DNA of 63,802 nt from Octopus bimaculoides (Eukaryota). The notes under the pieces are model-generated. The model made no database searches and had not been told where the DNA came from. It saw only the letters and a list, made by a program, of their open reading frames with translations. The stretch is taken from positions 39,697,958-39,761,759 of the forward strand of contig NC_068999.1 of assembly GCF_001194135.2 (NCBI RefSeq), in the 5' to 3' direction. The translations under genes and the position numbers were made by a program. This document shows positions 38,380 to 52,690 of the stretch, one piece after another (position 1 is the stretch's first letter; every line of letters begins with the position of its first letter).

Positions 38380-38638
38380 AAAATAAAGCTTGAAGCCGTT
38401 ACTTGGTTATAAAGCTTGTTGCCATTACTTCGTTAATTATTTCGATCAGGCAATCTACTAGCGCAAATCAGTCAACGTGTTGACTGAATTATATATAAAG
38501 CTTTATTTAGTTCGTTCAGAGTTGGCTCTCTCAGATAGATCTCATCGACCGAAGTTAATAAACACGAAACTAGGTCTAGCTGTAAAAAAACATAGTAAAA
38601 TATTTTATTATTCATTCCCTTCGAAATTGCTCTTAAAT

Positions 38639-38702
38639 GCGTTTGTGGATGTTTTGACCGCACCTTCTAGCGTTTGTGGATGTTTTGACCGCACCTTCTA
38701 GC
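38639..38702. repeat. Perfect 31-bp tandem duplication abutting (AAT)n
   Basis: GCGTTTGTGGATGTTTTGACCGCACCTTCTA at 38639-38669 and 38670-38700, then GC and (ATA)n to about 38760. Confidence 0.97.
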
Positions 38703-38761
<59 letters not shown>

Positions 38762-39843
38762 CATGTATATACTTATATATACTACATATATTTATTCCTG
38801 ACATCACTTATCTCTCCACAAGTTTACAACAACCATCTTTTTAGCACAACTTGCTTTAATTCCTCCACCATTCACTCGCATCTTTTCCTTCATACATAAT
38901 TTATTGATTGAAATTTCGTAACCGTTTTCGCAATGTTTACTTCGCTTTGTCTCTTTAATACGACTTTAATTCTTCATGATTTCAGTTATGAAGAGCGAAT
39001 ACTAAGGTTGATATTAATGTCTTTTTATCCTTTGACAAGAAAGACAAATTATTTAAAACAAAAGGTCACATCATCCGCTCGTGATGGTCTGTCTTGTTTC
39101 AGTATTGATTATCTGTATAATTCACTATCTGTTCAAATATACTAGACAGTTCATTTGTCAAAGCTACTTACGTGAATACAGTCATAATTCGAAAGAGCAT
39201 TTAAATTTATGTTTATAAAAGATTAGAAATGATTCTAATACATGCGTGTATTTTACTTCTCACAGAAAAGCGACTTACTTATAAGAGAGTTAAACTTAAG
39301 GACGTACGCAAAGCTATTAAATGCGTTCATTTTACTTTACCTCATTATCTTCGCTGAAATCACGTGCAGAATTTTATCATTAATCCGTTCTCAATATAGA
39401 CTGTTACGTATTTTCCTCTTTCTTTTTTCCATTCATATAGATCTTCTGCCTTTAATCACCAACGCGCTACCGTAAGGTGACTAGGCTGGTTGGAGGTCTA
39501 TCCCAATTCCTCGGAGGTCACATATCGTGAGGTATTTATTTCTCCTAGACAGTAAGCTGTACTATTGAAGAATTTAATTCCACGTTGATTTGAAAGGTTT
39601 AAATACATTGTTCCGTAGAACGAAATACGCTACAAACATGGCGTTTTCGTTGTTTTCAATGTTTAATCACAGCGCTTCGTCATGCATATTTACAGCTAGA
39701 GGGCAGGGTCATTCCTGAAAAGGTTGGGGATAAGTGAGCTTTATAAGATGGCTAGAACGAATATATTTCGAGCCCCGCTCACTTTCACTTTAACTATGTT
39801 ACTCTTTCTGCCATGTACAAACACATGCATACGTACACACTCA

Positions 39844-40020
<177 letters not shown>

Positions 40021-40199
40021 ATATATAGGTATGTATGTTTGTATGTATATATATATGTGTGTGTGCGTGTGTGTACATACACATATTTATATAGATATAG
40101 GCATGTATTGATATATGTATAAACATAAACATACATTATACTGGTAACATATAATCTATTACAGCGTCTCCCATATTTGTGCCATGTATATGCACATTC

Positions 40200-40233
<34 letters not shown>

Positions 40234-40247
40234 TTTTATATGTGTAT

Positions 40248-40286
<39 letters not shown>

Positions 40287-42462
40287 ATTGTGATCATCTT
40301 TCTTCGTGGTTGAACACCCACTCCTAACCAAACGCTTTTCTATGATGAATGCATGCCATTCACAAACATCTTTTATTCACCTGTATTTTGTTTTAAAATG
40401 CAGAAGGTGGCATTTTTTTTATGGAGGTGGGTGATGTGATTTGTGGGAGATCTCGACTGACATTCGTAATCCGTGGAGCAACCACTAAGTTACAGTGCTG
40501 TTAGGTTTTGGATGTATATGGAAAAAATTCACTTTCTCGTTTGCTTGTCATAAATTACAGAGCTATCGTCCGTTAATCGATGTTTTTTTCTTCCACTTCG
40601 TTCCAACATTTAAGTCGTATATTATACGAGACATACGAATAAATATAAGCTATTTATAAATGAGATATTTAAATAAAGGAACTGTAATATACATACCAGA
40701 CATACATGATGTTGGGGTTTCTAGAGATATCGATATTACAGACGAACTAGCAGGTAATAAATAACGTCACATAACTTTACAGATTTCTAATAAATGACAG
40801 AATAAGTTATCACAAAGAAACCATTGAAGATTATGTTTATTTGCCTTTTTTATAAAATAAATATTTCTGAACAAACAAGCACATTCACACTCACACGCAT
40901 ATACATTAAAACTAATACGTACACTAATATATATATATATATATATATACATACATACATTTACGTATCTATGTATATATGGGTGTGTGTATAATTATAT
41001 TTCCGCGTGGAGTTTTTCACACATTGCCGGTATTACGATATAAAATACAAATAAAAACAGAAAAAACACTAGGAAATAGAATCATTACATACAGATATAT
41101 TTAACCGAACAAGAAAGCACGTACGTAATTGATTGGGGTTGTGTTTGCGATGTTTGGACGCTAATAAATACGATGGAAATCTAATTCAATATTTCATAAT
41201 ATACTTCGTTTATGAAACCTCGAATAAACATAAAAACGATACACAGTTTACTATTGTGTGAATTCCAATTTATTATTTCCTGAGTATTCAGGCCATGTAC
41301 TAGTTTTAACATTAGTATTAGAGTCAGCCGTTCTTAATTTTATCGCTATTCATCTATAATCGCGAAGGACAATGACCGAAGAGAACTTTACATCCAAAAA
41401 CAAAACTCTACTTTAGTGGAGCTAATTGTAACTAGGATACTATTATGCAATGCTCGTTTCACTATCTTAAGTTTTCGGATGAAATTTGAATAAAGAATTG
41501 TTTGTTTATCATATATACACAATCAGCTAAATTCATTGTTTCCCGACGGCTGCTTTGTAGTTGCTATAATAGTTTGTTATGTTTATGGACTGCCTGGTAC
41601 AATTACTTGGGTGAAATGGATACTGCAATTCAGTTTTTCATCATGTTGAGATAAGCCCTACCCGTAACAGATAACGCCCTTTATTCTATCAGCCTTAGAT
41701 ATACAAGGTTTGATAAACTAGTCTATAAATTAAAACTGACAGCATAAAAAACAAATAAAATCAGTGACAGGCAGAGTCTTCTTGACAATTTATTTATTAG
41801 CTTTTATGTTGTAGTAGAAGCAACATGCTCTTTGTCTATCTCCTTAACCTATTGAAGATTTTAGCTATAGTTATACTAATGTGTCGATCTGTTCTAATCT
41901 AATTAAATTCTATGTATTTGTGCAGCTGAAGATTGCTCTGCATTTTAGATTGACGTAATGATTACATTGTTCAATTGAATGGAGTTGCATGAAACGATCG
42001 TACTGCATTACTTCTGGATATCCTTGTTGCTTATTTTGATTTTAATCACTTTACTTTGAAATTGTATGGATAATACCATACTAAATTCTGGTGCCTCAAC
42101 TTAAGTACCATATTCACCTGAAACGAAATAAATATATATATTTACACACATGCGCGTGAATACATACATGCATACATATGTATATATACATTTACATTTA
42201 CACATATACGTAAGTATATATATATATATATATATATATATATNNNNNNNNNNNNNNNNNNNNNNNNNNNNNNNNNNNNNNNNNNNNNNNNNNNNNNNNN
42301 NNNNNNNNNNNNNNNNNNNNNNNNNNNNNNNNNNNNNNNNNNNNNNNNNNNNNNNNNNNNNNNNNNNNNNNNNNNNNNNNNNNNNNNNNNNNNNNNNNNN
42401 NNNNNNNNNNNNNNNNNNNNNNNNNNNNNNNNNNNNNNNNNNNNNNNNNNNNNNNNNNNNNN

Positions 42463-42519
<57 letters not shown>

Positions 42520-43473
42520 CATAGAAAATATTTTAAAGACCGCAGTGCATTAATATGGTTTCATTTTATCAGATGTTTTCTGAGAAACGTTTTTCTCTAT
42601 ATCTATCCACCAAACCCCCTTCTCTCTCTCTTCCCCTCCATCTCTCCTCCTTCTTCTCCTCTCTCTCTCTCTCTGTATATCTATATCAATCTATGTATCC
42701 TATTGTCCACACTCTTACAGTACTTACATATCACATTCTGAAACGCAACAATTGTCGTACAATGTTTTGACACAACTTATTAACAATAACAGTTCAATAG
42801 CGCTCTGTGTGCTTAATAGAAGCAGTGAATTTCATAGGAATAAGGAAACTGTGTGTGTTTCCTTCATTACTCGTTGTGCGCGCGCGTGTTTAAGTTCATA
42901 TGTATCTATCTTCGTAGAACCCACTTGAATACATTTAGCAGCTACGCACTGCACTAACTGTAATGTATAGAAATAAACATTTGCAAAATAGAATATATAT
43001 TCTTAAACACTCTAGGGTGTTTCTATGTTAATATTATGGAAATTCGTTCTTATTATCTATTCATTATTTCCGATTTGATCCATGCATAACAACACTATAC
43101 TCCATAGCGTTGTGTAATGTATTCCAATGGCTAATCTTCATTCACCGAAGACGAAGAATACATTTATCTCCCGGGATTGCATATGATTTATTAGGGATCT
43201 GCTGAATATTCTTTTTGAATAAAAATGACGTCTCTAGCTTGTTGCTTCAAACTTAAGCGCACTTTAATAATTTTACCTTGAAATATAGCGATTTGCGATA
43301 TTGTTCATCCATTGACGTCCTTCGTCGGCTGGATTTTCTTCATTTTACAGTAGCAAAATATGTTTACTATTTTTTAAATGTTTGAGTGAGGAAAGCTTAC
43401 CTGAAGTTAAACGATTCTGATAAACAATAGGGGCGGAGTGGATGAATTCAGAGATGTTATTCACACGAACATA

Positions 43474-43759
43474 GTGGCACTCCGTTGGTTACGACGACGC
43501 AGGTTCTAGTTGATCCGATCAACGGAACAGCCTGTTCGTGACATTAACGTGCAACTGTCTGAGCGATAAGGCTGGCTCTTTGAAACACAGATACAACGGA
43601 AACAGGAAGAAAGAGTGAGAGAGAGTTGTGGTGAAAGAATACAGATAGCTTTAGGTGTTTTCGCTCAATACCCACTCACAACGCCTGGTCTGGGAATCGA
43701 AACCGCGATGCTATGACTGCGAGTCCGTTGCCCTAACCACTGAGCCATTGCGCCTCCAC
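43474..43759 (-). mobile_element. SINE family D with two internal deletions
   Basis: Reverse complement aligns to 62310-62697 at both ends but lacks about 34 bp (62427-62460 equivalent) and about 62 bp (about 62543-62605 equivalent). Confidence 0.9.
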
Positions 43760-43849
43760 ACACGAGCAGAGTAAATGAGGATTGAAGAGGAAACGATTGC
43801 AATGTCATTTGAGCATCGTATTAAATGATTTACATTAAGTGATCCGGCT

Positions 43850-43990
43850 CACTATGTTCAGCATTCGAATTTAACTGAATTCCGCTTTACTTTCATCACT
43901 CTGGGGCCAATAAATGAAAGTATTAATCTAGCAATGGACTCGATGATATATCGATCGTTCCTCCATCCTCTAAAAGTGTGTCCTTGTACA
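43850..43990 (+). mobile_element. Old, degenerate SINE family A fragment
   Basis: TTCGAATT...GCTTTACTTTCATCACTCTGGGGCCAATAAATGAAAGTA resembles the family A core. Confidence 0.4.
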
Positions 43991-46727
43991 TAAATTATAA
44001 TTATTGCTGTTGTTCATATTCCTTATATTATAAGGTATAACCGTTGACACGCCGTTCACTAGCAAGAAAAGCTGGCTTCTTTCATTGTTAAAACATTGGT
44101 GAAACGAAATATTATGGGTGTCTGCTAATCATATTGGTCAAATACTGAAAAATATAATTCAAGACCTCATTGCAAATCCTTTCAGAATGGCGTAAGATAC
44201 AGAAGAAACCGTTACAGAGGGTTTATTTTCTGTTCAACGATCACAGACATCAAAGATATATAAGGAAACTATATTATAACGTTGATATAAATAGGATATA
44301 TATGTATTATACTGATTTACTCATTGCTAGATTACGATAGTAAATGTTTGAAACTGGTGCTGTTGTCATTGGTGTAGTTGTTCTTCCCAAATCGGTATTA
44401 ATCAAGCAGACGAAAGACGCAGTGCATTCTAGTTGCGATCATTCTACCTTTTCTGCTGGTCCAGTGTATCTAGGATTACACATATTTATCTTTTTCATCA
44501 GCTTTCCTTTTTAAGTCGGTAGTGTATGGTGTGAAAGAGCTTTAACTGATTCTATTGATAAATCGAGCGGCCCTACCTATAGACATCAAACGGTTCATTT
44601 TTGCAGATCGAGCAAAAACACGCGTACACTCCAAACGGTTCAGCAAAATGAATGTTCCTAGATTAATTGCACCCGGTGAACTGGAAGATTTATTCCAGAA
44701 TCATAGCGGCAAATATTGCTTTTGATATTTTAGTAATAGCACGCTGGTGTCTCAACACTACGCCTTATAAATCAGATCAAACTACAAAATGAACATGTAT
44801 GAATACTAACGCAATAGATCGTGTCTTTATACTATTCAGTAGTTAATTCAATCGCACTTGTAAGTTATAATTTTTCTGAACCATATTGTAAAGTTCTCAG
44901 CTCATATGGGTAGGATATTTTATTCTTTAATCATCGATTTGAATGGTGAAATACCTTAGCCCGTTTGGGAACAAAATAAGAAAATTAAGAATATGAAAAC
45001 GGTGTTTGATGTCAAAGTTGAAAGTGAAGAATTCTCGTAAATGTCAGTGAATCGAAATGATGAATGGTCTTGTTATACAAGTAAATGAAGTTCGTCTTTC
45101 GGATGTTTAATGCATTTCCCCCTCAGTTGCATTGAGTATACGTGGATATCATTCAATTAGAAAGGACGCTCATATATGCCATTCTCGATAAATAGAATGA
45201 ATGTTATTTGATAGTAAGGGCATTGTGGTTGGATATTTACTATTCCGGCATCCGCTAGAATTATCTGCACGCTTAATATAACTTCATACAAAGCCGTTTA
45301 AAGATCACTGTCCAACTACTTGATTTGACACGATATTTCGGATATACCTTCTTTTATAACCACTTGAAAATCATCTTCTTAACAATATCGCAGCAGGGAA
45401 GTTTAGTTTCAATTCAGTCGTATAAGAGGCGAGATAAAATTACGTACACTACATAACTAGCAACACGAAAAGGCAATCTTTGCTCAATTGAATGAACCAC
45501 AGCATAGTCTTGCAGTGGAACTAAATAAATGAAAAAGATATCCAGTTACGTGAACAAATATGCATTTCAAAGAAATATACAAATCATCGAAAAGATCTCA
45601 GTTCATGAACAAATGAAGGTGTGTAATGATTCAGGGAAGTCAGAAAGGGGATTTTAACAGGGTTGTATCATATTCACGGAGTAACATGTTATACGGAAGT
45701 ATGGGCAAATAGACAACAATCAAAAACTTTCCAACATATATTCACTTGAGGCAGCATTTAATTAAAGATGTTCTACATTACATTAGTTCTCTTTCATTAA
45801 GCGTGTATTTAGATAGACAGACAAATAGAGGGCGATAAAGATAGATAGAGAGGGGAGAGAAGGAGAAAAAGATAGACAGATAGATAGATAGATTGACAGG
45901 TAGATAGATATCTTCATGCAAAACGAATAGGACTAAAAATAGAATAAGAAAATACAAAGATCAAACCTACAATATTGCAATGTGACGATGTGTCCTATAC
46001 TGAATAAGATATTAAAAATATTGATTTCAAATTTTGGCTGAAGGCCAACGCACACATACATTTATATATATATATATATATATATATANNNNNNNNNNNN
46101 NNNNNNNNNNNNNNNNNNNNNNNNNNNNNNNNNNNNNNNNNNNNNNNNNNNNNNNNNNNNNNNNNNNNNNNNNNNNNNNNNNNNNNNNNNNNNNNNNNNN
46201 NNNNNNNNNNNNNNNNNNNNNNNNNNNNNNNNNNNNNNNNNNNNNNNNNNNNNNNNNNNNNNNNNNNNNNNNNNNNNNNNNNNNNNNNNNNNNNNNNNNN
46301 NNNNNNNNNNNNNNNNNNNNNNNNNNNNNNNNNNNNNNNNNNNNNNNNNNNNNNNNNNNNNNNNNNNNNNNNNNNNNNNNNNNNNNNNNNNNNNNNNNNN
46401 NNNNNNNNNNNNNNNNNNNNNNNNNNNNNNNNNNNNNNNNNNNNNNNNNNNNNNNNNNNNNNNNNNNNNNNNNNNNNNNNNNNNNNNNNNNNNNNNNNNN
46501 NNNNNNNNNNNNNNNNNNNNNNNNNNNNNNNNNNNNNNNNNNNNNNNNNNNNNNNNNNNNNNNNNNNNNNNNNNNNNCCCTCTTCAAATCTTTCTCTGCG
46601 ACTCACAGGTCTACACTTATAACGGCACCATCCACTCTTGCCATTTTCTCAACTTTCACCCATTTTTTCAATAAACACACTTCAGGCGAGTACTTCCCTC
46701 GCCACTCTCAATTTCCTTTTCCAATGA

Positions 46728-46796
<69 letters not shown>

Positions 46797-46999
46797 AATC
46801 CCTTCTATTGCATGGACAGAAATATGGGGGAAGGGATTAGGTCGATTCCATCGGCCGCAGTGCGTAACTGGTACTCATTCAAACGACTCCGAAAGGATGA
46901 ATATCAAAGTCGAACTCGGCGAAATTTAAGCTGAGAATGTAGTGAGGGACAAAATGCCGCTAAGCTTTTGCCCGGCGTGCTAACTCTACCAAACTACCG
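46797..46999 (-). mobile_element. SINE family A
   Basis: GTAACTGGTACTC...CCGAAAGGATGAA...AAAGTCGAACTCGGCGAAATTT...GCCCGGCGTGCTAAC, with an (AAT)n tail at 46730-46796. Confidence 0.85.
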
Positions 47000-47118
47000 A
47001 TTTCTTATAAACTTACCATTAATAACACTCCCACCTAAAACCGAGTGAACTATAAACACTAAACCACAGATAGACCATACAACCAATAAAATAATACAAG
47101 TACCAATCCATATAGGTA

Positions 47119-47165
<47 letters not shown>

Positions 47166-47586
47166 TACTGATACCGAGTCAAGTTAGCTTGCCTGATGAT
47201 CGCACCGGCATGAAAATCGAGTTGCCTATCACCACTGCTTCAGTTTTAATACCACACATACACACAACCACACACATACATACAAACACATACACACACA
47301 CACGCATATGTGCACCCGCAAACACATGCTCTCATACGCACGTATGCGCGCACATACACACAGAGAAACAGGTACGTATACATAGCAGTTGTTCGACCAA
47401 ATGAATTATTTGCCTTTAAATTAAAGAGTAATTGGTGGAGTATCCGCACACACATGGGACTTGAGGTAATTATTAGCGAGAAGTGCAGCAACAATATAGG
47501 AGACCAGTCTGTATATTTAAAAATAAATTCACATATTACATGCACAGAAACACGCGCACATGCGTTTCTGTTTGTGTGTCCATTCG

Positions 47587-47630
<44 letters not shown>

Positions 47631-48818
47631 GTCCACTGTAGTGTGTGTATACATACATACTCATAGATACATAAACAAACACACACTCACACTCTCATAT
47701 ATACAGATTCATAGGTAATTTTATATGTGTGTATGTATGTATATATATACATACATACATACATACATGTATATATATNNNNNNNNNNNNNNNNNNNNNN
47801 NNNNNNNNNNNNNNNNNNNNNNNNNNNNNNNNNNNNNNNNNNNNNNNNNNNNNNNNNNNNNNNNNNNNNNNNNNNNNNNNNNNNNNNNNNNNNNNNNNNN
47901 NNNNNNNNNNNNNNNNNNNNNNNNNNNNNNNNNNNNNNNNNNNNNNNNNNNNNNNNNNNNNNNNNNNNNNNNNNNNNNNNNNNNNNNNNNNNNNNNNNNN
48001 NNNNNNATATATATATATATATATATACATCATGTCACATTACAATATATTTAATATGCATCCCTATGTTATATCTAGATAAATATTTGTCGTATAAATA
48101 TTGACAGAGATAAATATTCCTATGCGCCATTATCAACATTAATAAAACTGTGCAGAAGCATAGAGCGGAACAACCAGTTAATGATAATCCGCAAACTATA
48201 CAACACTTCATTTGTGCATATATTTCAGTTTGATTGTGTTTACTTCTAACAAATTTCTCCTGAATATTAAATCAAATTACATTATGTTGATTATGGAGTT
48301 ATGAAGGAATTAAATAACAGACAAATAGCATGGATGCTCGATTATGTTCACTGTTCTATTTTATTTTGACATGTGTAGATAAATATACTCATACATATTC
48401 ATAATTGGATGTACGTCTGCATGTCTGTGAGTGTGTATATGTAAAATCATATGTTATGCGTATACATATATACGTGTTCATAATGCATGTTACTGTTTCA
48501 TAGAGAGAGTATATAGTTATGAGATATTATCCAGGCAGTTTATAAAATACGCATAGTATTTGCAAGGAAGTTTCAAGCCCTGGGTCCATAACCTCTAGGA
48601 TTTGGAGTTTACTTTGGGATACTTGGCATGTTTTAAAAACCTGCCTAGATTATATCTTCGGTATTGTGCATGTTAAACGAGACTGATCTCTCACCAAATA
48701 GATCACATCTTCTGGTACTCTTACCTGAACGGAAAAGTAGAATATAATGTATATTACATATGTATATATCATATAATATGCATTAAACTTGTATATCTAT
48801 GCATATCTTATACGCATG

Positions 48819-48853
<35 letters not shown>

Positions 48854-48911
48854 TGTATGTATGTATATATATATATATATATACATACATATATGTTTGT
48901 ATGTAAAAGAT

Positions 48912-48948
<37 letters not shown>

Positions 48949-49521
48949 GTGTGCGTGTGTGTGTGTGTGTCAACAAATTCGTTTTATCGATACCAATTAC
49001 GCTGCTGGTGATTTTCGTATGTCCCCGATATATTTCTGTGTTTTTAACACTGTACATTTATGTAGAATGCTTTGTATTATAAACGTATATATGACCCAAA
49101 TCACAATGCGCTCGACAGAGTAAATGCTCCAATTATGGTATACCGATAGCTAACAGGCACTAATAGATGTTCCGCAGCTAAGAACGGAATGTTATTAAAC
49201 TGCCTTCTAAATGCGAGGCCATTGACCTTCCAGTCGTTGTTTGAATATTGAATATGTCAACCAATAGTATATTGCGGTTTAGCATTTGATGTGTGTAGAT
49301 ATTTGCAACTGATGAGTCTAAAAAAAGAAAAACAAAAATGATGAAATTTGTATTTAAATATGCCACTGCCACTGCAAGTCGCTCCTTATATATTCCTGTA
49401 TTTTTTCCACATGTTTGTTTAAAAAGATCAGTTCTCCTGATGAACACAGAAGTTTAGAAAGCTTTCAACCGTATATAGGATTTAAGTGTCATATACAATT
49501 CGCTAACACACATATACAGAA

Positions 49522-49557
<36 letters not shown>

Positions 49558-49583
49558 TTATATATACATGTATACATACAAAG

Positions 49584-49615
<32 letters not shown>

Positions 49616-50612
49616 NNNNNNNNNNNNNNNNNNNNNNNNNNNNNNNNNNNNNNNNNNNNNNNNNNNNNNNNNNNNNNNNNNNNNNNNNNNNNNNNNNNNN
49701 NNNNNNNNNNNNNNNNNNNNNNNNNNNNNNNNNNNNNNNNNNNNNNNNNNNNNNNNNNNNNNNNNNNNNNNNNNNNNNNNNNNNNNNNNNNNNNNNNNNN
49801 NNNNNNNNNNNNNNNNNNNNNNNNNNNNNNNNNNNNNNNNNNNNNNNNNNNNNNNNNNNNNNNNNNNNNNNNNNNNNNNNNNNNNNNNNNNNNNNNNNNN
49901 NNNNNNNNNNNNNNNNNNNNNNNNNNNNNNNNNNNNNNNNNNNNNNNNNNNNNNNNNNNNNNNNNNNNNNNNNNNNNNNNNNNNNNNNNNNNNNNNNNNN
50001 NNNNNNNNNNNNNNNNNNNNNNNNNNNNNNNNNNNNNNNNNNNNNNNNNNNNNNNNNNNNNNNNNNNNNNNNNNNNNNNNNNNNNNNNNNNNNNNNNNNN
50101 NNNNNNNNNNNNNNNNNNNNNNNNNNNNNNNNNNNNNNNNNNNNNNNNNNNNNNNNNNNNNNNNNNNNNNNNNNNNNNNNNNNNNNNNNNNNNNNNNNNN
50201 NNNNNNNNNNNNNNNNNNNNNNNNNNNNNNNNNNNNNNNNNNNNNNNNNNNNNNNNNNNNNNNNNNNNNNNNNNNNNNNNNNNNNNNNNNNNNNNNNNNN
50301 NNNNNNNNNNNNNNNNNNNNNNNNNNNNNNNNNNNNNNNNNNNNNNNNNNNNNNNNNNNNNNNNNNNNNNNNNNNNNNNNNNNNNNNNNNNNNNNNNNNN
50401 NNNNNNNNNNNNNNNNNNNNNNNNNNNNNNNNNNNNNNNNNNNNNNNNNNNNNNNNNNNNNNNNNNNNNNNNNNNNNNNNNNNNNNNNNNNNNNNNNNNN
50501 NNNNNNNNNNNNNNNNNNNNNNNNNNNNNNNNNNNNNNNNNNNNNNNNNNNNNNNNNNNNNNNNNNNNNNNNNNNNNNNNNNNNNNNNNNNTATATATAT
50601 ATATATATATAT

Positions 50613-50855
50613 ATTACTTGGTTCAGTCAATTGACTGTGACCATGCTATAGCATCACTTTCATTAAGTTGAGACGAACGAATCGCTCCCAGTTTTTACAC
50701 TATTCAAGGCTGGTAATCATTCTGTCTGGTCTTTTGCTGAACCACTAAGTTACAGCTACATAAACACGCCAACACTGGTTTGCCATGTGAAGGTGAGTCA
50801 CACACACACACACACAAATACACACGAATACACATATAAATATATACGGGGTCTG
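50613..50855 (-). mobile_element. SINE family B, diverged
   Basis: TTACTTGGTTCAGTCAATTGACTGTGACCATGCT...CTTTTGCTGAACCACTAAGTTAC...TAAACACGCC is the reverse complement of family B. Confidence 0.75.
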
Positions 50856-51949
50856 ATCAATACGTATCTGGGCTATTGCCTTAGTAACAAACCCATAGCT
50901 CGCAGAGTAAAGCCACTTGGCATAAATTGACCGAAGTCTCTGCCGTGCTTCCACATTAAGTTTTTACGGTGTAGCTAACTTCCGCTGTTTACAACAGTAC
51001 TTAGTAGCAAGATGTGTAGTGTGGATTGTATGTGTGCAACTTAACATAGATAAGTTAAAGATTCTCTAAGCGGGACAAGCAAATGAGAATGACCATAAAT
51101 GTTTAGAAATATAAAGTGAACATTGCAAACAAGGATGTGCGTGTGTGTGTGTGTGTGTGTGTTTGTGTCCGTTTATATGTGTATGTATATGTTTGTGTGT
51201 TTGCTTACTTCTGTCTGGTGACATTTTTTTGTACACTTTACTCTATCGTATTGAAAGTTACACCAGAAACTATGTGTTGAGAAAATAACATGTATTTTTA
51301 AACCAAGAATCTAATTCGCAAAACCGCAACAAAGTATGGCTACAAAATAATACAAATATATAATGAAAGACAATCTATTACTGCACGAAAGTTACTAAAA
51401 TTCTGACATCCTGATGACCAAATTGCATGTCGGTAATAAACATGTGTAGACAGAATAGAATTGAATATGGTTCAATGCCCTGCTGGGTCTTGTCTGTGCC
51501 AGAGATACACGGACGCATCAACTGTCCAGTTTATCATTACATTATTAGTGAAATATAATGAAAACAAATTTAATTAAATTCTGAAAGGTGTTTTATTTTC
51601 AAAACAGCACAAGGAAAAATTCCATTCAAATAGTCCTCCATTCTAATAAACGACAAAAAAAAAAAATGTTCTATTCAGTGTGACGGGATTTTTCGAGAGC
51701 AGTTGATAAATGCTCATTCCTGAATTTTTTTTTTTAATGTTTTTTAACACAACTCTTCAACAGTTAAGTATTTCATGAAGGCGATAGACGGAAAATAATT
51801 CAGTGACTATTTCACAACGTCTGAAAACCAATTTAAGACAAGAAGAAAAGAAACCATATAGGCGTGACCCTGTGATAAAAAGCTTGTTTACCAGCCACAT
51901 GGTGTGAGAGGTTTATCTTGCCTTAATGTGTGTCATCCCCCTTAGAAAT

Positions 51950-52022
<73 letters not shown>

Positions 52023-52120
52023 ATGTATGTATATATANNNNNNNNNNNNNNNNNNNNNNNNNNNNNNNNNNNNNNNNNNNNNNNNNNNNNNNNNNNNNNN
52101 NNNNNNNNNNNNNNNNNNNN

Positions 52121-52163
<43 letters not shown>

Positions 52164-52173
52164 ATGTATGTAT

Positions 52174-52260
52174 AAACAAAAGACGAAGACGGGTGTGTAC
52201 ACAACAAACAGATGTATTAGTTTCACGCTCGGGAAGTGAGAAAGTCTTTTACGTTTCGAG
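52174..52260 (-). mobile_element. 5'-truncated second copy of the 5148-5320 hammerhead-bearing repeat
   Basis: Reverse complement reads CTCGAAACGTAAAAGACTTTCTCACTTCCCGAGCGTGAAACTAATACATCTGTTTGTTGTGTACACACCCGTCTTCGTCTTTTGTTT, alignable by eye to 5212-5305. Abuts a (TATG)n/(TG)n run. Confidence 0.75.
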
Positions 52261-52340
52261 AAAAAAATATATATGTAAAGACGGTGTTTCTTTCGGTTTT
52301 CGCCTAGAAGTATGTATGCGTGTGTGTGTATGCGTTGTTA

Positions 52341-52420
52341 CCCTCACCATGGATCGACAAGTGGTCTTGGTATATTTATATCCCCGTAATGTACAGGTTC
52401 GGCAAAAGAGGTGGATATAG
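52341..52420 (+). mobile_element. SINE family B internal fragment
   Basis: TTTATATCCCCGTAA...GGTTCGGCAAAAGAG. Confidence 0.55.
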
Positions 52421-52605
52421 AAAGAAAAAAAAGCAACGGTGTCGCTTTGTTCGAATAAACCGTTCAAGGTGTTTGCCCTGGAACATCCACACTGTAATTA
52501 TGGAACCAGGTAAAAGATGAACTACTAAAGTTAAATAAACCCGAAATAGTCATACTGCATTTTTTGTTGTGCTTCTTGGGAGTTTAGCTACCTGCAGCTG
52601 TTGCA

Positions 52606-52642
<37 letters not shown>

Positions 52643-52647
52643 GCTCG

Positions 52648-52690
<43 letters not shown>

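Noticed and set aside
49431-49470. CTGATGA...GAAAGCTTTC hammerhead-like string
   Set aside because: Core and palindrome are present, but neither helix I nor helix II can close in the required register.
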